Shown here piece by piece: positions 50,456-62,542 of a stretch of 64,000 bases of DNA. Numbering within the stretch: the stretch's first letter is position 1; each line of letters begins with the position of its first letter. Source of the DNA: Mobula hypostoma. Its lineage: Eukaryota. The stretch lies in assembly GCF_963921235.1 (NCBI RefSeq), contig NC_086097.1, positions 32,614,001-32,678,000 on the forward strand, in the 5' to 3' direction. The notes under the pieces were generated by a model. The model did no database searches, was not told the origin of the DNA, and saw only the letters and a list, made by a program, of their open reading frames with translations. The position numbers were made by a program, and so were the translations under genes.

Positions 50456-51147
50456 CTGCTGAGAGAAATGAAAAGCTAAATAACAAACTATGCACAGTAC
50501 CTAGCACATTGCTGAAATTGTCAAGGGATATTTAGATGAGGATGAACAGTAACACCCACCCCCACACTCTCAGTCTGGGTGAAAAAAGCAATTGGGGTGA
50601 GTGCTGCCACACTGGGATGGACAATATCCAGCAAGTATTGCTGCTAAATATAGTACAGTTCAGTTTGGGTTCAGTTATGCTGAAGCTATCTTGTTACATA
50701 TGGTCAGTTCTCACAGTCTAAAGGCCATGGATGAACAGCAGCAGCATTAATTCAATCTCAGTTGGAATATGAAGGGTAGAATGAGAACTTGTGAAGGTTG
50801 GAATGTGGTGGTGAAGAGGTACAAGGGATGGGAATAAAGTATTACCCATATATTAATTGTTTTCCTCATTGTCCATTTAATCACTACACATTTTGGTCTT
50901 ACCAAGAACAGGACTACACATCCTATTTTAAAGGGTCTGATCCTTAAAATGCAAATAAAAATTAGGCTATTAGGTTCCACAAGCTTACCCCACTATTCAA
51001 CATGATAATGGATGATCTAACCTGGCTACATCTAATGTTCCAGTTCCCCATAACTTTCAATTCCTCGATCTCTAAAATAATTATCTATCTTCAGCTAAAA
51101 TATAATGACCTGTCCTCCACCACCCCTTAGGAGTGGAGAATTTCATG

Positions 51148-54100
51148 CTGTCGGAGCAGGCAGCGGAGTGAGTGGGAGCAGAGTATAGGGCTTTGGCTTC
51201 AACGGGCTTCGGCGGTAAACGAGAAGAGGCGAGAGCAAAGCGCCAACTCTTTTTTTTTTCTCCCCACTCTTTCGCGAATCGGCCCGGACAGACAGGAACA
51301 GCAGGGCTCTCACAGCTAACGGTACAAGCTAACGGTTTAAAAAGTTCGTCTGTTTGGCGAGGTAAGTGGGTGAGTAGACTTATTTTTCCTGTTTCATTCC
51401 TGCAGGATTAGTGCTTTGTTCAGGGTGTCAGATGTGAGAATCCTGGGAGACCTTCAGCCTCCCTGATGGCTACATCTGCGCCAGGTGCATGAGATGCAGC
51501 TCCTCAGAGACCGTGTTAGGGATCTGGAGCTGCAGCTTGATGACCTACTGCTTATTAGGGTAAGTGAAGAGGTGATAGACAGGAGCTACAGGGAGGTAGT
51601 CATCCCTAGGCTACAGGGGTCGGAAAACTGGGTCACTGTCAAGAGAGGGAAGGGAAATGCCCAGATAGTGGAGAGCACACCTGTGGCTGTCCCCCTCAGC
51701 AACAAATATCTTGTTCTGGATGCTGGTGAGAGGGATGACCTGACAGGGGACGCCCACAGTGACCAGGTCTCTGGCACTGAGCCTGGCGCTGTTGTGCAGG
51801 GGAGAAGGAGGGAGAAGAGAAATGCGGTAGTCGTAGGGGATTCCATAGTCAGGGGAACGGAAAGGAGATTCTGTGAGCCTGATAGAGATACCCGCATGGT
51901 GTGTTGCCTCCCAGGTGCCAGGGTACGGGATGTCTCGGATCGGGTCCTGAATATTCTAAAGGGGGAGGGTGATCAGCCAGTTGTCTTGGTACATGTTGGT
52001 ACCAATGACATAGATAGGACAAAGGAGGAGGTCCTGAAGAGAGATTTCCAGGAGTTAGGAAGGGAGCTGAGAAGCAGGACCTCCAGGGTAGTAATCTCGG
52101 GATTGCTACCTGTGCCACGTGCTAGCGAGGGCAAGAATAGTCAGATCAGGCAGATGAATGCGTGGCTGAGAGACTGGTGTAGGGGGCAGGGCTTCAGATT
52201 CTTGGATAATTGGGATCTCCTCTGGGGGAAGTATGGCCTGTTCAAAAAGGACAGGTTACACCTGAACCCGAAGGGGACCAATATCCTGGCGGGAAAGTTT
52301 AATAGAGCTGTTAGGGAGGGTTTAAACTAATTTGGCAGGGGGATGGGAACCGGAATGACAGAGCGGAGGAAGGGGAAAACAGAAATATATCTAAGATAGT
52401 GAGTAGTAAAGATGTCAGGAAAGACAGGCAGGTGATGGGGCAAATTTGTAGCCATTGGGATGAGTTGCAGTGCAATAAAGTTGCAGTGAAATCAAAGTGA
52501 AAAGTATCAAATACTGGTCTTAAGGTGTTGTACTTAAATGCATGCAGCATAAGGAATAAGGTGGATGATCTTGTCGTACAGCTATAGATTGGCAGGTATG
52601 ATATTGTGGCTATCACTGAGACCTGGCTAAAGGATGCATGTCTCTGGGAGCAGAACGCCCAAGGATACATGGTGTATCGGAAGGATAGGAAGGTAGGTGG
52701 GGGGGGGGCGCGTGGCTTTATTGGTAAGGAATGATATTAAATCATTAGAAAGAGGTGATATAGGATTGAAAAGTGCAGAATCTTTATGGGTTGAGCTAAG
52801 AAATAGCGGGGTAAAAGGACCCTGATGGCAGTTATTTATAGGCCTCCAAACAGCTGCAGGGATGTGGACTACAAATTACAACTGGAAATAGAAAAGGTTT
52901 GACAGAAGGGCAGTGTTATGATAATTGTGGGGGATTTTAACATGCGAGTGGATTGGGAAAATCAGGTCGGCACTGGATCTCAAGAGAGAGAATTTGTAGA
53001 ATGTCTGCGAGATGGCTTTTTAGAACAGCTTGTTGTTGAGCCCACTAGGGGATCGGCTGTACTGGATTGGGTATTGTGTAATGAACCGTAGGTGATTAGA
53101 GAGACTGAGGTGAAGGAACCCTTAGGAGACAGTGATCATAATATGATTGAGTTCACTGTGAAATTTGAAAAAGAGAAGCCGAAATCTGATGTGTCAGTAT
53201 TTCAGTGGAAAAAAGGAAATTACAGTGGCGTGAGAGAGGAACTGGCCAAAGTTGACTGGAAAGGGACACTGGCGGGAAAGACAGCAGAGCAGCAGTGGCT
53301 GGAGTTTATGCGAGAAATGAGGAAGGTGCAAGACAGGTATATTCCAAAAAAGAAGAAATTTTTGAGTGGAAAAAGGATGCAACCATGGTTGACAAGAGAA
53401 GTCAAAGCCAAAGTTAAAGCAAAGGAGAGGGCATACAAGGAAGCAAAAACTAGTGGGAAGACAGAGGATTGGGAAGTTTTTAAAACCTTACAAAAGGAAA
53501 CCAAGAAGGTCATTAAGAGGGAAAAGATTAACTATGAAAGGAAGCTAGCAAATAATATCAAAGAGGATACTAAAAGCTTTTTCAAGTATATAAAGAGTAA
53601 AAGACAGGTGAGAGTAGATATAGGACCGATAGAAAATGATGTTGGAGAAATTATAATGGGAGATAAGGAGATGGCAGAGGAACTGAACGGGTATTTTGCA
53701 TCAGTCTTCACTGAGGAAGACATCAGCAGTATACCGGACACTCAAGGGTGGCAGGGAAGAGAAGTCACAATTACGACAGAGAAAGTACTCAGGAAGCTGA
53801 ATAGTCTAAAGGTAGATAAATCACCCGGACCAGATGGAATGCACCCACGTGTTCTGAAGGAAGTAGCTGTGGAGATTGCGGAGGCATTGGCGATCATCTT
53901 TCAAAAGTCGATAGATTCTGGCGTGGTTCCGGAGGACTGGAAGATTGCAAATGTCACTCCGCTATTTAAGAAGGGAGCAAGGAAGCTAAAAGGAAATCAT
54001 AGACCTGTTAGTTTGACATCGGTGGTTGGGAAGTTGTTGGAATCGATTGTCAAGGATGAGGTTACAGAGTACCTGGAGGCATATGACCAGATAGGCAGAA

Positions 54101-55403
54101 CTCAGCATGGATTCCTTAAAGGAAAATCCTGCCTGACAAACCTATTACAATTTTTTGAGGAAATTACCAGTAGGCTAGACAAGGGAGATGCAGCGGATGT
54201 TGTATATTTGGATTTTCAGAAGGCCTTTGACAAGGTGCCACACATGAGGCTACTTAACAAGATAAAAGCCCATGGAATTACGGGAAAGTTACATACGTGG
54301 ATAGAGCGTTGGCTGATTGGCAGGAAACAGAGAGTGGGAATAAAGGGATCCTGTTCTGATTGGCTGCCGGTTACCAGTGGTGTTCCACAGGGGTCCGTGT
54401 TGGGGCCGCTTCTTTTTACATTGTACATCAACAATTTGGATTATGGAATAGATGGCTTTGTGGCTAAGTTTGCTGACGGTACGAAGATAGGTGGAGGGGC
54501 CGGTAGTGCTGAGGAAACAGAGAGTCTGCAGAGAGACTTGGATAGATTGGAAGAATGGGCAGAGAAGTGGCAAATGAAGTACAATGTTGGAAAGTGTATG
54601 GTTATGCACTTTGGCAGAAAAAATAAACGGGTAGACTATTATTTAAATGGAGAAAGAATTCAAAGTTCTGAGATGCAATGGGACTTGGGAGTCCTCGTAC
54701 AGGATATCCTTAAAGTTAACCTCCAGGTTGAGTCAGTAGTGAAGAAGGCGAATGCCATGTTGGCATTCATCTCTACAGGAATAGAGTATAGAGCAGGGAT
54801 GTGATGTTGAGGCTCTATAAGGCACTGGTGAGACCTCACTTGGAGTACTGTGGGCAGTTTTGGTCTCCTTATTTAAGAAAGGATGTGCTGACGTTGGAGA
54901 GGGTACAGAGAAGATTCACTAGAATGATTCCGGGAATGAGAGGGTTAACATATGAGGAACGTTTGTCTACTCTTGGACTGTATTGTTTGGAGTTTAGAAG
55001 AATGAGGGGAGACCTCATAGAAACATTACGAATGTTGAAAGGCATGGACAGAGTGGATGTGGCAAAATTGTTTCCCATGATGGGGGAGTCTAGTACGAGA
55101 GGGCATGACTTTAAGGATTGAAGGGCGCCCATTCAGAACAGAAATGCGAAGAAATTTTTTTAGTCAGAGGGTGGTGAATCTATGGAATTTGTTGCCACGG
55201 GCAGCAGTGGGGGCCAAGTCATTGGGTGTATCTAAGGCAGAGATTGATAGGTATCTGAGTAGCCAGGGCATCAAAGGTTATGGTGAGAAGGCGGGGGAGT
55301 GGGACTAAATGGGAGAATGGATCAGCTCATGATAAAATGGCGGAGCAAACTTGATGGGCTGAATGGCCGACCTGCTCCTTTGTCTAATGGTCTTATGGTC
55401 TTA
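51148..55403 (+). mobile_element. Near full-length CR1 LINE (5' UTR, ORF1 Zn-finger/coiled-coil/SGNH esterase, ORF2 EN-RT), inactivated
   Basis: ORF1 51485-52330: GDSIVR, VHVGTND, DRLHLN. ORF2 has stops in EN, is open over 53092-54804 with FADD mutated to FADG, and frameshifts near 54790. Tail ggtcttatggtctta. It is inserted in an older minus-strand CR1 remnant. Confidence 0.95.
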
Positions 55404-56684
55404 AAAAAATTACACAACAAGTTTTAAATGTATATGTCCCCTTATCCTGTTCATGTCTCTTTCACCAGTGGAAATATCACAACATCTCTCCCTTTTAAGC
55501 TCCTTTTGGATCTTGGACAAGGTCATCATCCATTCCTTGGAACTACAAGGAATACAAAATCAAAGTGGTCATCCCCTCTTGGAATGACAACCCACATATT
55601 CCAGGAATTAACCTGGTGAATCTCTATTGAACTGTCTCCAATGTCATTATCTTCTTTATGAAGAAGGAGACCAAAACTGTTCACATATTCAGGTGCGGCC
55701 TCACCAACACCCTGTACAATTGTAACAAAACTTCCCTATTCTTAAACTCCAACCCCTTCACAATAAAGGCCAACATGTTGTTTGCCTTAGTAACAACCTG
55801 TTAGACCTGCCAGCTAACTTCTTGTGATTCATCAACAGCAGCACAAAGATCCTGATCTTCACTCACTTGCAGTGTCTCTCCTTTTAGATAATAATCTGAC
55901 TTTTGATTCCTCTCTCTAAAGTGCATGACCTTACACACCCTTACATTACAACACATTTTGCCAAGACTTCAACCAATCACTCAATCTATTGTTTGCCCAA
56001 TATGTCTGTCTTAATTTGCCTATCAATCAATCTCTCATTTGCCAAGTTTTCAGGCAATCATTCAACCTATCCAGTAGAGGTGAAATGCTTCAACCCAAAG
56101 GTTAACTGTTCATTTCCTCCACAGATGCTGCCCAACCCACTGAGTTCCTCTAACAGTTTTGCTTTATCTCCCCCAATTCATTCTCTTCATATACCATTGC
56201 AAAACCACAATCACAGAAATGTGACTTTTCACTGACTGTCATATCAAACTTGGAAATTTTACTGTTATATCAAATTTGGAAATCCAGCAATGTCCAAACA
56301 CCACATCAGGAGGTAACCTGCCATCAAGGCAAGAAATTGGAAGCGTCACCCACATACTTCTACTCTTCTGTCTTTCCCTATATATTTGACAAATATATTG
56401 TAAATATATTTGTCAAATATTTACTTCCCCCACTTCCCAATGTGTCTCTGACACTGTTTAGGGCATAAAACTGGCCGTGTAGCCAGAAAGTAAACTTTCG
56501 GTGAGGTGGAGTTTCCCTAAGCTTTTCAGATTCAAATCATCAGACCTACTTGCTCAACTAATCAAGAGAGCAGAATGTGTTAGGCATCAGAGTGAGATGC
56601 TAATGTCAGCTATCCATCAGCCATTCTCCAATCACATCCTGAGGGACTTGCCTCAATATGTGAGTTCAGTGATAACAATGGAAC

Positions 56685-56840
56685 ACTCACAAATTGGTGA
56701 AGGAACTCAGCAGGTCAAGCAGCATCTATGGAGAGGAATAAACAGTTGATTAAGTCCTGATGAAGGGCCTTGACCAGAAACATCAGCTGTTTATTTCCCT
56801 CCCTAGATTCTGCCTGACCTGCTGAATTCCTCCAGTATTG
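56685..56840. mobile_element. Second, older fold-back Penelope pseudo-LTR with hammerhead-like core
   Basis: Inverted arms (ggaactcagcaggtcaagcagcatcta / tagattctgcctgacctgctgaattcc) around agtcCTGATGAagggccttgaccaGAAAcatc. Confidence 0.75.
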
Positions 56841-57184
56841 CCTTCGAGGTTCTGAGGTTCCGCGGCCCTGCAGGGTCTCTCTCCCTTCCCCTCTCCTGCT
56901 CTCCATGCTCTCTCGTTTCTTGCTGATTCTCCGGTCGGAGAATATGAGGGAAAAAAGTGGCATGACAGACTTTATCATCGTAAATCAGTGAGTTATTTTG
57001 TTATGTCTCCCCTCTCACTGTGGAAGGGGACACTTCTTTTTTCCTTTATTGGGAGCAAGAGAGCCTCTGGTATGTGAACAATTAGTTTTTGTTGTTCTGC
57101 AGATTGTGGTCTTTATTGGGGGCTTTGCCTTTACATGCTTGGTGGGTGGAGGTGCTGATGCTTTTTTTTTGCTGAAGTAACTGC

Positions 57185-58755
57185 CGGTCATTTTCTTCGG
57201 CAGTTGAACGGGGCACGACTGCGCAAACGCTTGTAAGTCCGACCGTGTGGCAGCGGGAGTATTAAAAAGAGAGCAGATTAACGGAGTGGGCGACGGAGTA
57301 GATGGGGACAGAGTAGGAAGGCTTTGGCTCCTGAGGCTTTGGCGACCAGAGGCTGAGGAAGAGCTTCACTCCAAGTGAGGTAAAGTTGGGTAAGTTCCTT
57401 TAATAAATCTAAGTACCTTAGGAGCAGGTAATGGAGGCAGTGAGGGCAGTTGAGTGCTCCGTTTGCAGGATGTGGGAAGTTAGGGCGAGCACAATTGTCC
57501 CTGATGACTACACCTGCGAAAGGTGCATCCAGCTGCAGCTCCTCACAAACCAAGTTAGGGAACTGGAGCTGGAGCTGGATGAACTTTGGATCATTCGGGA
57601 GGCAGAGGCAGAAATAAACAGGAGTTACAGGGAGATAGTCACCCCTAAGAGTCAGGAGACGGGTAGCTGGGTGACTGTCAGGAGAGGGAAGGGGAAGAGA
57701 CAGAATGAGCAGAGCACCCCTGTGGCGTTCCCACCAATAATAAATACATCATTTTGGATACTGTTGATGGGGACGACCTACCAGGGACAAGTTGCAGTGG
57801 TTGCATCTCTGGCACCGAGTCGGGACCCTCAGCTCAGAAGGGAAGAAGGGAAAAGAGGAGAGCAGTAGTGATAGAGGATTCGATAGTTAGGGGGACAGAT
57901 AAGAGGTTCTGTGGAAGAGATGGAGAATCTCGGATAGTCTGTTGCCTCCCTAGTGCCAAGGTCCGCGATATCTCGGATTGAGTTCTCAGTATTCTCAAGA
58001 GGGAGGGTGAGCAGCCAGATGTCGTGGTCCATGTAGGGACCAATGACGTGGGTAGGAAGAGTGAGGAGGTCCTGAAAGGTGCGTTTAGGGAGTTAGGCAC
58101 CAAGTTAAAGGACAGGACCTCCAGGATAGCAATCTTAGGATTGCTACCAGTGCCACGTGCAGGCGGGTTTAAAAATAGTAAGATAGTGCAGATCAACACA
58201 TGGCTGAAGGCATGGGGCAGGAGGGAGCGCTTCAGATTTATAGATAACTTGGCAATTTTCCAGGGAAGGTGGGACCTGTTCCGACAGGACGGTCTACATC
58301 TGAACTGGAGGGGGACAAATATTCTTGTGGGTAGGTTTGCTGGAGAGGCTCCCGTGGATTTAAACTAGATATGAGGGGGGAGGGGAACCAGAGTGTAGGA
58401 ACAGAAGTAGGGAAGAAGGAAGAAAAAGAAAATAGTAAAATTATTTGCACAGTTAGTGATAAACAGAGAGTAAGGTGGAAAATTTCTTAAATGCATTTAT
58501 TTTAATGCTAGGAGCATTGTAAGAAAGGTGGATGAGCTTAAAGCATGGATTGATACTTGGAAGTATGATGTGGTAGCTATTAGTGAAACATGGTTACAGG
58601 AGGGGTGTGATTGGCAACTAAATATTCCTGGATTTAATTGCTTCAGGTGTGATAGAATCGGAGGGACAAGAGGGGGAGGTGTTGCATTGCTTGTCAGAGA
58701 AAATATTACAGCGGTGCTCTGGCAGGATAGATTAGAGGGCTCGTCGAGGGAGGCT
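57185..58755 (+). mobile_element. CR1 5' portion (5' UTR, ORF1, start of EN), second family
   Basis: MEAVRAVECSVCRMW...YTCERC, VHVGTND, DGLHLN, YDVVAISETWL, RGGGVAL. Confidence 0.9.
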
Positions 58756-61700
58756 ACCACCCAGCCTGTGGAAGGCAGCCAGTGAGTGAGTGGGCCAGTG
58801 AAGGTGTGGAGCTTTGAGGCTTTGACTCGAGAGATTCTGGCAGTTTTCGCAGTTGGTCCGTGCAATCAAGTCAATCAAGATTTGAATAGATCAGCAGAAA
58901 CCCGTTGATTAGACAATCAAGATTTGAGTAGCTCAGACTCAGCAGAAAGCAGCTGATTGGGCAATCGAGGTCAGGTGACCAAGCATTTTGAAAAGCTCAA
59001 ACAGATAAATAGAGGGTTGGCTCAAGTGGAGCGGCCTGTGAGTGAGTGGGCCAGTGAAGGAGTGGAGCTTTGAGGCTCTCTCTGAAGGATCTCTTCTGGG
59101 GAAGGTGGGACCTGTACAGACTGGATGGGTTGCACCTGAACTCGAGGGGGAGCAATAGCCTTGCAGGTAGGTTTGCTAGCATGGTTTGGGAGGGTTTAAA
59201 CTAATTTGCAAGGGGGATGGGACCCGGAGCGATAGACCAGTGAAAGGAGTGCATAGAGTAAAGCCAGATCTGACATATAGGGAGGCCTTGAGGAAAGAGA
59301 AGCAGAATAAAGGGTGTAAAGATAGTAAGGTAGAAGGGCTGAAGTATGTGTACCTCAATGCAAGAAGCATCAGGAACAAAGGTGATGAACTGAGAGCTTA
59401 CATACATGGAATTACGATGTAGTGGCCATTACAGAGACTTGGCTGGCACCAGGGCAGGAATGGATTCTCAATATTCCTGGATTTCAGTGCTTTAAAAGGG
59501 ATAGAGAGGGCGGAAAAAGGGGAGGAGGGGTGGCATTACTGGTCAGGGATACTATTACAGCTACAGAAAGGGTGGGTAATGTAGCAGGATCCTCTTTTGA
59601 GTCAGTATGGGTGGAAGTCAGGAACAGGAAGGGAGCAGTTACTCTACTGGGGGTATTCTATAGGCCCCCTGGTAGCAGCAGAGATACAGAGGAGCAGATT
59701 GGGAAGCAAATTTTGGAAAGGTGCAAAAATAACAGGGTTGTTATCATGGGTGACTTTAACTTCCCTAATATTGATTGGCACCTGATTAGTTCCAAGGGTT
59801 TAGATGGGGCAGAGTTTGTTAAGTGTGTCCAGGACGGATTCCTGTCACAGTATGTGCACAGGCCGACTAGGGGGAATGCCATACTAGATCTAGTATTAGG
59901 TAACGAACCAGGTCAGGTCACAGATCTCTCAGTGGGTGAGCATCTGGGGGACAGTGACCACCGCTCCCTGGCCTTTACCATTATCATGGAAAAGGATAGA
60001 ATCAGAGAGGACAGGAAAATTTTTAATTGGGGAAGGGCACATTATGAGGCTATAAGGCTAGAACTTGCAGGTGTGAATTGGGATGATGTTTTTGCAGGGA
60101 AATGTACTATGGACATGTGGTCGATGTTTAGAGATCTCTTGCAGGATGTTAGGGATAAATTTGTCCCAGTGAGGAAGATAAAGAATGGTAGGGTGAAGGA
60201 ACCATGGATGACAAGTGAGGTGGAAAATCAAGTGAGGTGGAAAATCTAGTCAGGTGGAAGAAGGCAGCATACATGAGGTTTAAGAAGCAAGGATCAGATG
60301 GGTCTATTGAGGAATATAGGGAAGCAAGAAAGGAGCTTAAGAAAGGGCTGAGAAGAGCAAGAAGGGGGCATGAGAAGGCCTTGGCAAGTAGGGTAAAGGA
60401 AAACCCCACGGCATTCTTCAATTATGTGAAGAACAAAAGGATGATGGGAGTGAAGGTAGGATCAATTAGAGATAAAGGTGGGAAGATGTGCCTGGAGGCT
60501 GTGGAAGTGAGTGAGGTCCTCAATGAATACTTCTCTTTGGTATTCACCAATGAGAGGGAACTTGATAATGGTGAGGACAATATGAGTGAGGTTGATGTTC
60601 TGGAGCATGTTGATATTAAGGGAGAGGAGGTGTTGGAGTTGTTAAAATACATTAGGACGGCCAAGTCCCCGGGGCATGATGGAATATTCCCCAGGCTGCT
60701 CCACGAGGTGAGGGAAGAGATTGCTGAGCCTCCAGCTAGGATCTTTATGTCCTTGTTGTCCATGGGAATGGTACCGGAGGATTAGAGGGAGGCGAATGTT
60801 GTCCCCTTGTTCAAAAAAAGGTAGTAGGGATAGTCTGGGTAAAATTATAGACCAGTGAGCCTTACGTCTGTGGTGGGAAAGCTGTTGGAAAAGATTCTTA
60901 GAGATAGAATTTCTGGACATTTAGAGAATCATGGTCTGATAGGGACAGTCAGCATGGCTTTGTGAAGGGCAGATCGTGTCTAACAAGCCTGATAGAGTTC
61001 TTTGAGGAGGTGACCAGGCATATAGATGAGGGTAGTGCAGTGGATGTGATCTATATGGATTTTAGTAAGGCATTTGACAAGGTTCCACACAGTAGGCTTA
61101 TTCAGAAAGTCAGAAGGCATGGGATCCAGGGAAGTTTGGCCAGGTGGATTCAAAATTGGCTTGCCTGCAGAAGGCAGAGGGTCGTGGTGGAGGGAGTACA
61201 TTCAGATTGGAGGTTTGTGACTAGTGGTGTCCCACAAGGATCTGTTCTGGGACCTCTACTTTTCGTGATATTTATTAACAACCTGGATGTGGGGGTAGAA
61301 GGGTGGGTTGGCAAGTTTGCAGATGACACAAAGGTTGGTGGTGTTGTAGATAGTGTAGAGGATTGTTGAAGGTTGCAGAGAGACATTGATAGGTTGCAGA
61401 AGTGGGCTGAGAAGTGGCAGATGGAGTTTAACCTGGAGAAGTGCGAGGTGGTACACTTTGGCAGGACAAACTCCAAGGCAGAGTACAAAGTAAATGGCAG
61501 GATACTTGGTAGTTTGGAGGATCAGAGGGAACTGGGGGTACATGTCCACGGATTCCTGAAAGTTGCCTCACAAGTAGATAAGAGTAGCTAAGAAAGCTTA
61601 TGAGCTGTTGGCTTTCATAAGTCGAGGGACAGAGTTGAAGAGTCGCGATGTAATGATGCAGCTCTATAAAACTCTGGTTAGGCCACACTTGGAGTACTGT

Positions 61701-62203
61701 GTCCAGTTCTGGTCGCCTCACTACAGGAAGGATGTGGAAGCATTGGAAAGGGTAAAGAGGAGAGTACCAGGATGCTGCCTGGTTTAGAGTGTATGCATTA
61801 TGATCAGAGATTAAGGGAGCTAGGGCTTTACTCTTTGGAGAGAAGGAGGATGAGAGGAGACATGATAGAGGTGTACAAGATATTAAGAGGAATAGACAGA
61901 GAGGATAGCCAGCGCCTCTTCCCCAGGGCACCACTGCTCAATAGAAGAGGACATGGGTTTAAGGTAAGGGGTGGGAAGTTCAAGGGGGATATTAGAGGAA
62001 GGTTTTTTACTCAGAGAGTGGTTGGTGCATGGTATGCACTGCCTGAGTCAGTGGTGGAGGCAGATACACTAGTGAAGTTTAAGAGACTACTAGACAGGTA
62101 TATGGAGAAATTTAATGTGGGGGATTATATGGGAGGCAGGGTTTAAGGGTCAGCACAACATTGTGGGCTGAAGGGCCTGTAACGTGCTGTACTATTCTAT
62201 GTT
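58756..62203 (+). mobile_element. CR1 LINE with most of ORF1 missing and near-complete, frameshifted ORF2
   Basis: UTR-like segment joined to the ORF1 C-terminus (DLFWGRWDLYRLDGLHLN). EN 59422-60249, RT 60962-61369. A 17-bp tandem duplication at 60212-60245 shifts the frame. Confidence 0.92.
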
Positions 62204-62204
62204 A

Positions 62205-62542
62205 ACACACTTTTCGTCCATCTTCCCTCTGGGAGAAGGCTCAGGAGCTTGAAGACTCGTAGGGCCAGATTTGGGAACAGCTTCTTTCCAACTGTGATAA
62301 GACTGCTGAACGGATCCTGACCTGGATCTGGGCCGTACCTTCCAAATATCCAGACCTGCCTCTCAGTTTTTTTGCACTAGCTTACTTTCTATTTTTCTAT
62401 TTTCTATTTATGGTTTATAATATAAAATTTTAATATTTACTATTGATCTGTAATCCAGGAGGTGGGAAGTGCAGAATCAAACATCGCTGTGATGATTGCA
62501 CGTTCTAGTATCAATTGTTTGGCGACAATAAAGTATAAAGTA
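62205..62542 (+). mobile_element. Rex1/Babar 3' fragment
   Basis: LPSGRRLRSLKTR...NSFFPTVIRLLN; tail aataaagtataaagta. Confidence 0.8.

Noticed and set aside
53092..54804. 570-aa RT ORF as an active or domesticated gene
   Set aside because: Catalytic FADD is mutated to FADG, with upstream stops and a downstream frameshift; ordinary decay of a young CR1.
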